Part shown: in pieces, positions 26,221 through 37,794 of the stretch
How the letters are laid out: every line of letters begins with the position of its first letter
Position numbering within the stretch: position 1 is the stretch's first letter
Source: Octopus bimaculoides
Taxonomy: Eukaryota
Length of the DNA stretch: 63,928 nt
Assembly (NCBI RefSeq): GCF_001194135.2
Contig: NC_068983.1
Span: 44,324,430 to 44,388,357 of the forward strand
Direction of reading: 5' to 3'
The notes under the pieces: generated by a model
Told to the model about the DNA's origin: nothing
What the model saw: the letters and a program-made list of their open reading frames with translations, nothing else
The model's database searches: none
Position numbers and translations under genes: made by a program

Positions 26221-27270
26221 CTGAAAAACAAAACATGCTATCAGTAACATAATGGTTCACTTTTTCCACTTCAGTTAAACATGATGATGGATATCCGGTT
26301 ATGGTTGGTTAGTTTGCAAGTTCATTACTTTTCCAGCAATTAAGAACTGCAGTAAGTTGAGATTTTTGATCATGACACTGTCAAAACGAGAATCTTTTTC
26401 TCCTTTTGCACAACACTCAACATAACTTCTCAAATTGTGGTGGATCAATGTCAGAGTTTCAACTCTTCTAAATTGGCCAAATTCACAACAATTCATTGTT
26501 TATCTTGTTTCTTTATTGGACAGTGACCATTCTGTAGCACCACCATGAAGGGTTTTAGCTGACAAAATTGATCTTGGTACTTATTTTTGAAGTCTGCTGC
26601 TTGTCCTATTGGTGACTTATGCTAACCCTCTAAATTACAGGAATGCAAAGGTAGCAACACTGGTTGTCAAGCAGTGAGGATGAAGATGACAGACACAAAC
26701 ACATGACACCCTTCTTTCAGTTTTCACTACTGTTCACAGGTTATAATAGAAGGCACTGTCTGCCCAAGATGCCAGACAGTGGGAATTGAACCCTAAACCA
26801 TGTGGATGGGAAATGATTTTTAACCACACAACCATCTTTCCACCCATCAATATATTGCAAAAACTGAGGTCTTTTATTTTATTTTTCTGGCTTAACAGAG
26901 TCCATGGACTTTTAATAGGGCCTTCAAGACTAGTGGAGGTAATCCTTAGAATGAAGGACCTAAACCCAATTCTTACAACAGAGTAGACTATTAAAGGTAC
27001 CCATGGGCCAGGTGGTGGTGTTAAGAGAAGTGAAAATTCAAAGGGCCAGGTGGTGGCGTTAAAGCAGGTAAAGGTTCAATCCTTGTGATAGCTAAAACTT
27101 CATTTTGCATATTTTTAAAGTGTTCTCATTACTAGATACCACGCAGCAGCTTTGCATCATATCTATAGAATGGTAACTTCATATGGCATTTCTCCCCAGG
27201 ATCACAAGATGCTCAAAGACAGGGGAGAATTTGTTGAAGGACACTGAGCAGATTGAGTAACCACAAAGAA

Positions 27271-27484
27271 TTTACTCTTTTACTCGTTTCAGTTATTTGA
27301 CTGCAGCCAAGCTAGAGCACCGCCTTTAGTCGAGCAAATCGACCCCGGGATTTATTCTTTGTAAGCCTAATACTTATTCTATCAGTGTCCTTTTGCCAAA
27401 CCGCTAAGTGACGGGGACATAAACACACTAGCATTGGTTGTCAAACAATGCTAGGGGAACAAACACAGACACACACACACACAC

Positions 27485-27522
<38 letters not shown>

Positions 27523-27678
27523 GACAGGCTTCTTTCAGTTTCCGTCTACCAAATCCACTCAAGACTTTGGTCAGCCTGAGGCTATAGAAGACACTTGCCC
27601 AAGGTGCCACACAGTCGGACTGAACCTGGAACCATGTGGTTGGTAAGTAAGCTACTTACCACACAACCACTCCTGCGC
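27271..27678 (-). mobile_element. Near full-length tRNA-derived SINE, 'family B' (GCAGGAGTGGCTGTGTGGTAAG head, internal (TA)/(CA) microsatellite, (GAGTAAAA)n tail)
   Basis: A-box/B-box-like head (TGGCTGTGTGG / GGTTCAGTCC), CORE-like CCTTGGGCAAGTGTCTT. About 35 further partial copies, e.g. 8925-9275(-), 11715-12100(-), 14470-14960(+), 19055-19246(+), 21570-21925(-), 34195-34505(+), 58470-58920(-). Confidence 0.85.
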
Positions 27679-27687
27679 TTAAAGAAG

Positions 27688-27695
27688 AAAAAAAA
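27688..27695 (-). terminator. Pol III terminator-like T8 run downstream of the tRNA-Ile copy
   Basis: Eight T on the minus strand, 6 nt after the discriminator base. Confidence 0.5.
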
Positions 27696-27701
27696 GCGTA
27701 T

Positions 27702-27775
27702 TGGCCAGTATGGGGCTCGAACCCACGACGTTTGCATTATTAGCATGACGCTCTAACCAACTGAGCCATGAAGTT
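27702..27775 (-). pseudogene. tRNA-Ile(AAT) pseudogene
   Basis: Minus strand reads AACTTCATGGCTCAGTTGGTTAGAGCGTCATGCTAATAATGCAAACGTCGTGGGTTCGAGCCCCATACTGGCCA. D arm, anticodon loop CTAATAA, T arm, A/B boxes and 3' acceptor strand ACTGGCCA are intact. The 5' acceptor strand cannot pair and the anticodon stem has mismatches. Confidence 0.8.
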
Positions 27776-28839
27776 TGTCTGCAGAAATATTCATTTATCA
27801 ACAAAAACAGCTTCTGCAATTTACCGTTATTTTTGCTATTTAGTTTCACAGAAGCAGAGACTACCCTAAGTTCCATGATACAAAACTCCTGCTTTAAAAG
27901 GATCTAAAATAAAAACCTTCCATGTTCCAAACATCTGCTTAGTAAAGAATAAATTATTTAATTCATTATTTTCAAAATTATTCAAACTAAAGACAGTATT
28001 TGAACAGAAATATGGTAACAGAAGGGTTAAAGAATTCACTTTGCCCAGTACACTCCAATTCAAAACACTCATGATAAAGTTAACGCAAAATTTCATTTGC
28101 TTTTGGTGAAATTCAATGCACAATATGAATGGTCTTTATAGAACCCACCCCCACCCCATTACAAAAATAAAATATTTGCTAAGCTTAAAATGGCAGAAAG
28201 TCGTAGGGAAAGATTACTGAAGAAAATAGTTTTGTGAGAGAAAAAGGCCAAAAAATAAAAAAAATAATATAATATTCCAGTTCTGATGACAGACTAGTGA
28301 CATAAGGAGAAACTTATATGGTATGATAATGTAGTGAAAATAAACAAGACATTAATACTAAATATATGATGTTTAAATATGGGTTGAGGAGGTATAAAAT
28401 GGTTTCTACACTGTCAAAGACAGCAATATTCATTAACAGGACATCTAAAGTGTTTAGGGCAAAATACTTGTTGGCATGGTTCAAGATGAATTTAGTTTGA
28501 ATGTTGAAATTATCAGTTATTTGTTTCACATCTGTTTTCCCATTCTGGTATGGGTTGGATGGCTTGACAGGAGCCGATGCACCAAAGGACTACATCAAAC
28601 TTTAATGTTTACTTTGGCATGGTTTTTACAGTTGGAAGCTATTCTTCACACCAACCAATTTATGGAATGTACTAGGTTCATTTTAATGTGGCACCAGCAC
28701 TAGTGAGGTCACCAAATAGCTCAATACAAAGCCTCTGGACAGAGGTGAGTGTAATATTGAGAGCAGTGACATCAGGTGATGAAAGGTTAAAAGGTGACAA
28801 TCATCCTCACCATCAAGATCCCTTAACTGACACAGCCAG

Positions 28840-29096
28840 TCATTGGGGTGCTATTCTAGATGCTTTCTTAGTCAGCAGTCACCACCAGTCTCTGGGTTGT
28901 GACTTATCCAGTCCTGGATGTTGTCAAACCAGGATTTTCTCTGTCTACCTCTCTTTTGCCCTCTCTTAACTGTGCCCTGGAGAATGGTTCTGGACAGGTG
29001 CTGTGGTAGGATACATGACCGTACCAGGCAATATTTTGGCATTTTACCTGCACAAGGAGTGGTTCCTGCCTGCCAGCATATTTGTTGACTTGCCAT
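28840..29096 (-). mobile_element. RTE/RTE-X-like LINE 3' fragment (same family as 19985-20285)
   Basis: LSRTILQGTVKRGQKRGRQRKSWFDNIQDW in the ORF track. Confidence 0.7.
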
Positions 29097-30234
29097 CTGA
29101 TAATATATAATTTAAAAAGTTCTCTGCATCATTTCTGCCATTTTATGGAATACTTCTAACAAGAACTAGAAGAGGAAACTTAGCCATGATCAATTTTCAC
29201 TCAAATCATTAAGAATTTCTTTATCAATCTGTGAAGGTGTGAAGCTTAGTGGTTAGTGTATTTGGCTAATGATCGTAAAGTCACAAGTTTGATTCCTGGC
29301 GACACATTGGGTCCTTGAGCAAGACACTTTATTTCATTCACATTGCCCCAGTCCACTCAGCTGGCAAAAAGTTGTATCTGTAATTCAATGGGCTGGCCCG
29401 TCATATTTGGTGCATTTTGGTGAATCACTCAGAGAACTCTTAAGGGTGGAATGTCTTCAAAGCTGGTAGGAACAGATTCATGTCAATGAGTACTGACCAA
29501 CTAGATTGCTATGCAAGTAATATTGTCTGTAGACATATTCCTGTCATGTGTTGTTAATGTCCAGCAAGGGAGATAACTATCTATAAAACCCATAGCACAT
29601 CTCAGAAAATCACTAAGGGCATCTGAGTAGAGTGTTTAGCTAACTGCATGTTAATTCCATGAACAAGTTGTCCAAAGTGCCATACAGTAGGAGTGAATCC
29701 AAGATCATATGATTGGGAAGCAAGCTTAACCATGCAGCTACACCTGCATCTAAAATTAAACCTAGCAAAGTCTTAGCAAAAAGAAATATAAAAATCATCT
29801 GCCATGTGGGAAATGACCTTGCTAGGTATGCAAAGAATGTGAAAGTAGGAATTCTATATGATGTACCTAATGTAAACTGAGAGCAAGAGAGATGCAGTGG
29901 GATTGCAGACAGGCTGACTGAGAAGATGAGCTTTACATGTAGCAGATATACAAGAATAGTTAGCCGTAAGAACACCCTTAAAAATAAATTCTTTTAAATG
30001 CCCTGAAGGGTCCTTAAAATACAAGTATTTATTACCTAACTATTCCAAAACTGTGCTGCAAAATCTTAAGCAGATGTGGGGGACAAAATATTTGATTAAT
30101 ATTTCTTGGTGGTGGTGGGGGNNNNNNNNNNNNNNNNNNNNNNNNNNNNNNNNNNNNNNNNNNNNNNNNNNNNNNNNNNNNNNNNNNNNNNNNNNNNNNN
30201 NNNNNNNNNNNNNNNNNNNNNNNNNNNNNNNNNN

Positions 30235-30392
30235 GTGTGGTAAGTAGCTTGCTTACCAACCACATGGTTCCGGGTTCATTCCCACTGCGTGGCACCTTGG
30301 GCAGGTGTCTTCTAGTATAGCCTCGGGCTGACCAAAGCCTTGTGAGTGGATTTGGTAGATGGAAACTGAAAGAAGTCTGTCGTATATATGTG

Positions 30393-30429
<37 letters not shown>

Positions 30430-30623
30430 TTGTCCCCCCAACATCACTTTACAACCTATGCTGGTGTGTTTATGTCCCCATAACTTAGCAGTTCGGCAAA
30501 AGAGACCGATAGAATAAGTACTAGGCTTACAAAGAATAAGTCCTGGAGTCGATTTGCTCGACTAAAGGCGGTGCTCCAGCATGGCCGCAGTCAAATGACT
30601 GAAACAAGTAAAAGAGTAAAGAG
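30235..30623 (+). mobile_element. SINE family B copy
   Basis: Collinear with 27271-27678, with the GTAAAAGAGTAAAGAG tail. Confidence 0.85.
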
Positions 30624-30660
30624 GTAAAATAAAAGAAAAAATATTTCCTTTATGAAGTAA

Positions 30661-31075
30661 AATTAGCAATGAAGGAGGAGATTCTAAAAGTATAGTAACC
30701 AGATTAAGGATGAGGTGGTGAAAGTCCAAAAAGTTATATACTATCTCTACTGCAGACAAAAGGATTCTCTCTAGCAAAGTGAAAGGCAGTAGATTGTATG
30801 ATGCTTGTTCCAAATTGTATGTTGGTGATTGAAGGGTCCCTGAATGTAGAGGATGTGTGAAGACCAGGAAGAAAGGAGGTGAATATGGTTTGTTAGATGC
30901 ATAATGTCAGAGTGCATGAACAATAGGGTACAGATGTAGCATACAAGAAAGGAGTTGGTATAGATTTGTGATGCATATAAAGGATGACAGTTGGATAATG
31001 AACAGGCAAGTGATCCAAGAGGAAGCAACCGACAGAAGAGGAAGACTTGAAGAGACATGCTATGAGGTGGGGAAA
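30661..31075 (+). mobile_element. Decayed RTE-clade LINE reverse-transcriptase 3' region
   Basis: ISNEGGDSKSIVTRLRMRW*KSKKL...KVKGSRLYDAC..., the typical RTE thumb region, with stops and frameshifts. Confidence 0.65.
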
Positions 31076-32971
31076 GAATCATATTTTTAAGTCTGGTACT
31101 TATTCTATCGGTCTCTTTGGCCAAATCACTAAGTTACGGAAGAAGCAAACACACCAGTTTTGATTGTCAAGCACACACACACATTATACATATGTGGGCA
31201 GAACTGTAACATGGGATCAGCAACTAGTCTGAGCTGAAATAGTTTCTGGCTCCAAAGAGAAAGCCTAACTTTTGTGATGCCCTTTTGGTGCTGTTGCAGA
31301 TGTCATGTTTGTTATGAAAGATCATTATAGATTGTAAAATTTGTTGTTTTAGCAAGGTCATGTTTCCTTGATGGGAATGGTGACTGTTCTTGTAAGTTGT
31401 TCAATGAGACTAAGTTGTTATCTGTAGGAGGATGTTTACAATATTCTATGTAATAATGCATGACCGATGAGAGGCTACTGGGTTGTGTGTAGATAATCCC
31501 TGAGGTCTATGTGAATGGGGGCATCAGCTGTGTAAGAGTGGTTGATTAAAACTAGCAAGTAGGTCACCTATATAGTGTTGGGAACACAACCAAACATTGA
31601 AATCTACCACAGTCAATAGAACGTGGGCTAGAGATATCAGCATCATCATCATTTATGCTTGCCTTCCATCTTAGTGCCAGTTGGTTGAACTGACACAGCC
31701 CATGCCAGTTGTTATCAGAACTATTGCCTTCATAGGCAGGTCAGGGTTTGCCTCTCCCTACTTCTGGTCCCTGTCTTTAGGGAAACTTCCAGTCCAAATG
31801 ATAAAAACAGGTGGAGTCTATAACAGGTTATCATAGAGGTTATCAAGACATCTCGATATCAAGTTCAAATCCCACCAAGAATGTTTTTGTAAATTCAACT
31901 TTCCATTGTCAATAAAAAAAAAAAAAGAAAAAAGGCACCACAAAGATTCACTGGTACCAATGGAACCAATCAATCAACTCTACATATTTTTCTGGAAAAG
32001 TCTGTGTTATCCCAATGCAAATAAAATGGATATGAGAAAAATGTCCGGATGACTATGGAACAAAATCTACAATAAACCATTAACCCTTTTCATACCACCC
32101 CCTCCTGAAACATATGCCTTATTCTAAGATATAGGCATATGTTTTTTCTAAAGGTCTTAAAAGTTGAAAGGTTCTAAAAAGAAAAGAAAAAAAACTTATG
32201 GTAATGCAGATAATTTCTTACAAGGAATCTTTAGAGAATTTATAGTAGAAACCATGTCAAAACATTGGAGTTCAACGCAGTCCTCCAGTTTGTTGGATCC
32301 TGTCAAATTGTCCAACTCATGCAAGCATGAAAAAGTGAAATGTTGATGATTTCATATGAAATTAAATTAAAAAACTATTCTCTTCTACTAAGAAACAACA
32401 CGTAGCTAACAACCTCATATTTGTAAGGAAGCACAGATTATTGGATGCAGTGCAAGATTAAAATTGGTTTTATTAATCTTGAGTCAAGCCAGCAAGTTGG
32501 CATAATCGTTAGAATATTGAACAAAATGCTTAGCAGCATTTCTTAAACATTTTATGCCCAGTTCAAATTCCACCACTTTGCCTTTTATACTTTCAGAGTC
32601 AATAAAATAAGTACCAGTCAAGTGCTGAGGTCAGTGTAATCAACTCGCCCTTCCCCTCAAAATTACCGATTTGGCCTTGTGCCAAAATTAGACAAAAATT
32701 ATTAACCTGGAGCTGATAAAGATCAAAGTCAACTTCAACTTTGTTCAGGATATTAGGAAACAGAATCTAAAGAGATGTTCTGACTGAACATGAAACCAAT
32801 TATCTAAAGAAAAAGTATATTAATTGATTAAATCTATCACAATGTCTTCCTGAGATTTCTTAGTCTGGAGAATGAAATGGTAAAAATCAATCACTACAGA
32901 ACTTAGGTTTAGAAATAATGACAATTATTTTACGTTAGATAATTTATCCTCCCCCAGCAAGCTATATTTAA

Positions 32972-33566
32972 CCCTTTAGTATTCTGGTTACTCTGTCAAA
33001 TATAATGCTTATTTATTCACATTGTTTTGAATTTATCATGTATTTATCTCGTAGCTTTGAGATTTTGATATCTTTGGAATGACATTGTAGAGGAGGTGTG
33101 AGAGGTCACATCTGGTCAGTTTGAATTAAAAGAAATCAGATACAGCCTGTTTAATAAAAACATAATTGTTTAACAACCATTTTCCATGCTGGCATGGGTT
33201 GGATGGTTTGACTGAGGACTGGAAAGCCAGCGGTTGCACCAGGTTCCAATCTGATCTGGCAATGTTTCTACAGCTGGATGCCCTTCCTAACACCAACCAC
33301 AGAGTGTAGCAGGTGCTTTTACATGCTACCAGCACAGGAGCCAGTCAGGTGGCCCTGGCATCAATCACGTTCGGATAGTGCTTTTTACATGCTGCCAGTA
33401 AAATCAGAGGACACTGGCATCAGCCATGTTCAGATGGTGCTTCTTACATGCCACCGGCACAGGGAGCCAATCAGGGGGCACTGGCCACAGCTATGATTTT
33501 TTTAAATAAAAAACAGTTTGAATAAAAAAACAAAATACAGATATGGCCTGTTTAAATGCTAAAGGG
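32972..33566 (+). mobile_element. piggyBac-like MITE with TTAA TSD and a nested RTE-tail insertion (about 33170-33495)
   Basis: TTAA|CCCTTTAGTATT...AATGCTAAAGGG|TTAA. Another right-end fragment at about 15962-16132. Confidence 0.75.
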
Positions 33567-35645
33567 TTAAAGGAGCCAATGAGAGAGCCTCTAGGAGGTC
33601 ATCTGACTTGCTAGAAATAACTGAAAACTATCCTTCAAATTACATCATACCATTAAAAAATAAAATAAAACAATGTAATCTTAGATGTTTGGATGGACAT
33701 GCCTAGAATATCTAATTATGGTTTGGTTGACCAATATTGACCTGTTGCTTCATCTTTTTGTGGTCAATAAAATAAAGTACCAGTCAAGTACTGGTGTTGA
33801 TGTAGTTGACATGCCCCTCCAGTCAAAATTGCTAGCTTTGTACCAAAATTTGAAATATTTTATAGAATTCTGGAGACAAAGAAAAAGTAGATAGGAAGGG
33901 AGGGAGAAAGAGAGAAAACAAGGAAAAAGGGGGGAGGAGGAAGTATTTATGGATTAATCTAAGTCGGTCAGATTAATTCTCAACAGTTTTTTGTTTTATT
34001 ATATTGTTGCAATAGAGAGAAAACTGATCACAGGTGATACAAAATGAAAGGTAAAACTTTAGTCTTAGATATAGATGTGGAGATTAGTGTAGGTTGTCTT
34101 TAGTGTTTGTAAATAATTTTGTCAAGGTCACTTCTCTAAGTAATAAACGGAGAGTATTATCTGAAAACATTAAGGTGTAAAAAGATTAAATAATAGACGC
34201 AGGCATGGCTGTGCGGTAAGAAGCTCTAGGTTCAGTCCCACTGTGTAGAACTTTGGCCAAGTGTCTTCTATAGCCATAGCCTGACCAAAGACTTGTGAGT
34301 GGATTTGGTAGAAGGAAACTGACAGAAGCTTGTGTGTGTATGTGTGCGTTCCATCACAGCTTGACAACTGGTGTTAGTGTGTTTATATCTGTAACCTAGC
34401 AGTACAGTAAGTAGAGACAGATAGAATAGGCACCAGGATTTAATAAATAAGAACTGGAGTCAATTTGTTTGTCAACAATTTAAGGCAGTCCCCAGCATGG
34501 CCACCAATGAGAATGAGTTTAGAGAATAAGAAAAAATTGGTAGTGAACACCTGTCATTAGTGATATTGATATACATTGGGAATTTTTCCAGGTAAATGTT
34601 TACATACCGCGAGGGAAAAGAGGCTGGAATTCCCCTAATCTAGCTCTTGTTTCCCTCCACCTTTACAAAAGCTTGATGGACAAAGATAGAAAAACAACAG
34701 AAATTGAAATAAAAAATGAATACATTACACATTTTAATTACTACATAATGTGCGTGTGTGTGAATATTTTAATCACAAACCTCTTAATACGCCAGATATT
34801 GATCAACTATTTGAGAGCTAAGTCAAAAGATAAGGTGTTTAATGAACTTTAATTAGCACTCCATTAATCTTTAAAAAAATTAATTAAGGGGAAGGTCAAT
34901 GACCCGTTTTAAATGACAAATACAAACAACAAAAAAAATTAAAATTAAAAATCAATCAGAAACTAATATCATCAGATCAGTAAATCTAGACAGATTTTAT
35001 TCAGATTAATATTTAGAAAAACGAATGTGCACAGAATCTCGTTATAGCCCATGCTCTGTGGTTTCATCCTTTTGCTTGTTTTCTTTAACACCTTAAGGAG
35101 GTCATCAATAAAGTATTTGCTTTATATATATATATAATAATTTTCCCAGAGGATGTAGCAACCGTTACCAATATAGCATAAGAACTTACCTTAGGAGATC
35201 ATTAATTAGATTCCTTAAGGGTCGTTCTCACAGTTTATATTTATATCATAAGGTTTTTAAACTTTTAAATTTTCATATTCAAAAGAGACAGAGACTTCAA
35301 ATTCGATATATCGATTTATTCACCACTCTATGTTAACATTTCTGTGCCAAACTTATCCAGTGACTGGTCCATTGGATTTAGACGTTTGGCANNNNNNNNN
35401 NNNNNNNNNNNNNNNNNNNNNNNNNNNNNNNNNNNNNNNNNNNNNNNNNNNNNNNNNNNNNNNNNNNNNNNNNNNNNNNNNNNNNNNNNNNNNNNNNNNN
35501 NNNNNNNNNNNNNNNNNNNNNNNNNNNNNNNNNNNNNNNNNNNNNNNNNNNNNNNNNNNNNNNNNNNNNNNNNNNNNNNNNNNNNNNNNNNNNNNNNNNN
35601 NNNNNNNNNNNNNNNNNNNNNNNNNNNNNNNNNNNNNNNNNNNNN

Positions 35646-35704
<59 letters not shown>

Positions 35705-37170
35705 TATTGTACATATAAAGATGGAAGAAAAATGAATGAGAAAATAGCTTCAGCCGAAGGTGTCAAATGTGTACACCTTAAGTACGTGTTGGTAGATAAG
35801 GAATGGCTTGTTATGAGCTTTGAAGTGTTGAATTACAAAGAATATAAAATAAGTTTATCTCCTCAGGGCAAAGATATAGGCAGACGAGTCAAATTTACAC
35901 AGCGCCAACAAACAAAAATATCTGAATCACAGAAGAAACTATAAAACTTTTATATCAATGATTAAAAAGAGGAGTGATAGAATATGGCTGGGGTGGAGCA
36001 ACTGAGTTACTGAATGACATCTATGTTCCAAATTCAATATGTACTGTGGTAGCAATAGTTATATGTGAAAATTTATAGTAAATAGTGTCTCAAGGCCTAG
36101 ACTCGTATCTGGTTTCCATGGCATAGAAATGACAGAAAGCATCTCTTTGTCCTGAACAAGACACCAGTTTGTTCCAGGGTCACTCATTTACAGCTGAGTG
36201 GACGCGGGGGGAGGGGGTTAATTTGATACATTTTGCTCAAGAACAGAAGGCACTGCTCTGTCCAAGAGTCTAAACTACAATCATGTAATTGTGAGGGCAG
36301 CAACCTATCCAACCTATATATTGTGGGTAACAATTTGTATTGGTGTGTGGTACCATGCAGAAAGCGCCCGTGCCGGTGTCACACAGAAAGTGCCAGTGCC
36401 ACACAGAAAGTGCTCGAGCCGGTGCCATGCAGAAAACGCCTACACCAGTGCATTCACAAAGCTTTGGTCATCCCAGAGTTCTAGTAGAAGTTGACACTTT
36501 TGCAAAGTGCCACCCAGTGAACTAAAGTGAAAGGCCATGTTATTGAGAAACAAATCTCTTAAGCACACAGCCAAGTCTGCATCTGCAGTTATTTGAATTT
36601 AAGATTGATGAATTTTTAGTTTGATATCTTGGCTTGCATTTGGCTTTTAATGTTCTTTAAGTAGCAGGTCAATCTCGGTCAAGAAAACCATGACCAGGCA
36701 TTCCAATGGGACCAAACTCAAAACCATGTGCTTGGGAAGCAAACTTCTTAACCACATAATTTCTGCTTCTAATTTTCAAATCCATTTTGGACCAATATCA
36801 ATGCCACCTGACTGGCACGTGTTCCGGTGGCATGTAAAAAGCACCATTCAAGCATGGTTGATGCCAGTGCTGCCTGACTGGCTCCCATGCCAGTGGCACA
36901 TGAAAAGCACTCACTACACTCACGGAGTGGTTAGCGTTAAGAAAGGCACTCAGCTGTAGAAACTTTGCCAGATCAGACTGGAGCCTGGTGCAGCCTCCTG
37001 ACTTGCCAGTCATCAGTCAAACTATCCAACCCATGCCAGCATGGAAAGTGGACGTTAAACAATAATGGTCAAAAGGCAAAAAGTGAAGACTGATGTCCAA
37101 ACCATTTATGAGCAGACAAAAATCTGAAATCCAAGGAAACTGGTAAAGGTTTGGGTCTTGCAAGTCCAAA

Positions 37171-37794
37171 TCATCATCATCATCATTGTCGTCGTTTAAC
37201 GTCCGCTTTCCATGCTAGCATGGGTTGGATGATTTGACTGAGGACTGGTGAAACCAGATGGCTATACCAGGCTCCAATCTGATTTGGCAGAGTTTCTACG
37301 GCTGGAAGCCCTTCCTAACGCCAACTACTCCGAGAGTGTAGTAGGTGCTTTTACATGCCACCAGCACGAAGGCCAGTAAGGCAGTACTGGCAACGGCCAT
37401 GCTCAAAATGGTGTATCTTACGTGCCACCTGCACAAGAGCCAGTTCGGCGGCATTGGCAACGATCTCGCTCGAATGTCTTTACACGTGCCATCTGGCACA
37501 AGTGCCAAGAAGGCGATGCTGGGCACAGGTGCCATTGACAGTTTCGCTTTCGCTTGCCCCAATAGGTCTTCACAAGCAGAGTTTCGTTTCCAATGAAGGA
37601 GACGACGTCTGCATGGGTGCCAGTCGTGGGATTTAATTCGATTTCAATTTCACTTGCCTCAACAGGTCTTCGCAAGAAGAGATTAGTGTCCAATAAAGGA
37701 AGGTACATATAAGTGGGCTGCCTGAGGCCTTCGATTTAGGTCTCACTTGGCTTGCCGGGTCTTCTCATGCACAGCATATTTCCAAAGGTCTCGG
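37171..37794 (-). mobile_element. RTE-clade LINE 3' end (RT C-terminus, full 3' UTR, (GAT)n tail); parent of the abundant 'family A' repeats
   Basis: Minus frame RDLWKYAVHEKTRQAK*, followed by the UTR containing AGGAAGGGCATCCAGCTGTAGAAA and ending GGAAAGCGGACGTTAAACGA(TGA)n. Shorter copies at about 1-195(+), 240-600(+), 2040-2350(-), 3494-3751(+), 17014-17185(+), 17995-18265(-), 20857-21205(+), 28520-28720(-), 33170-33495(-), 36790-37066(+), 61890-62090(-). Confidence 0.8.

Noticed and set aside
27005-27062. 20-bp direct repeat GGGCCAGGTGGTGG[T/C]GTTAA at 38-bp spacing
   Set aside because: Only two copies with no further context; most likely a small local duplication.
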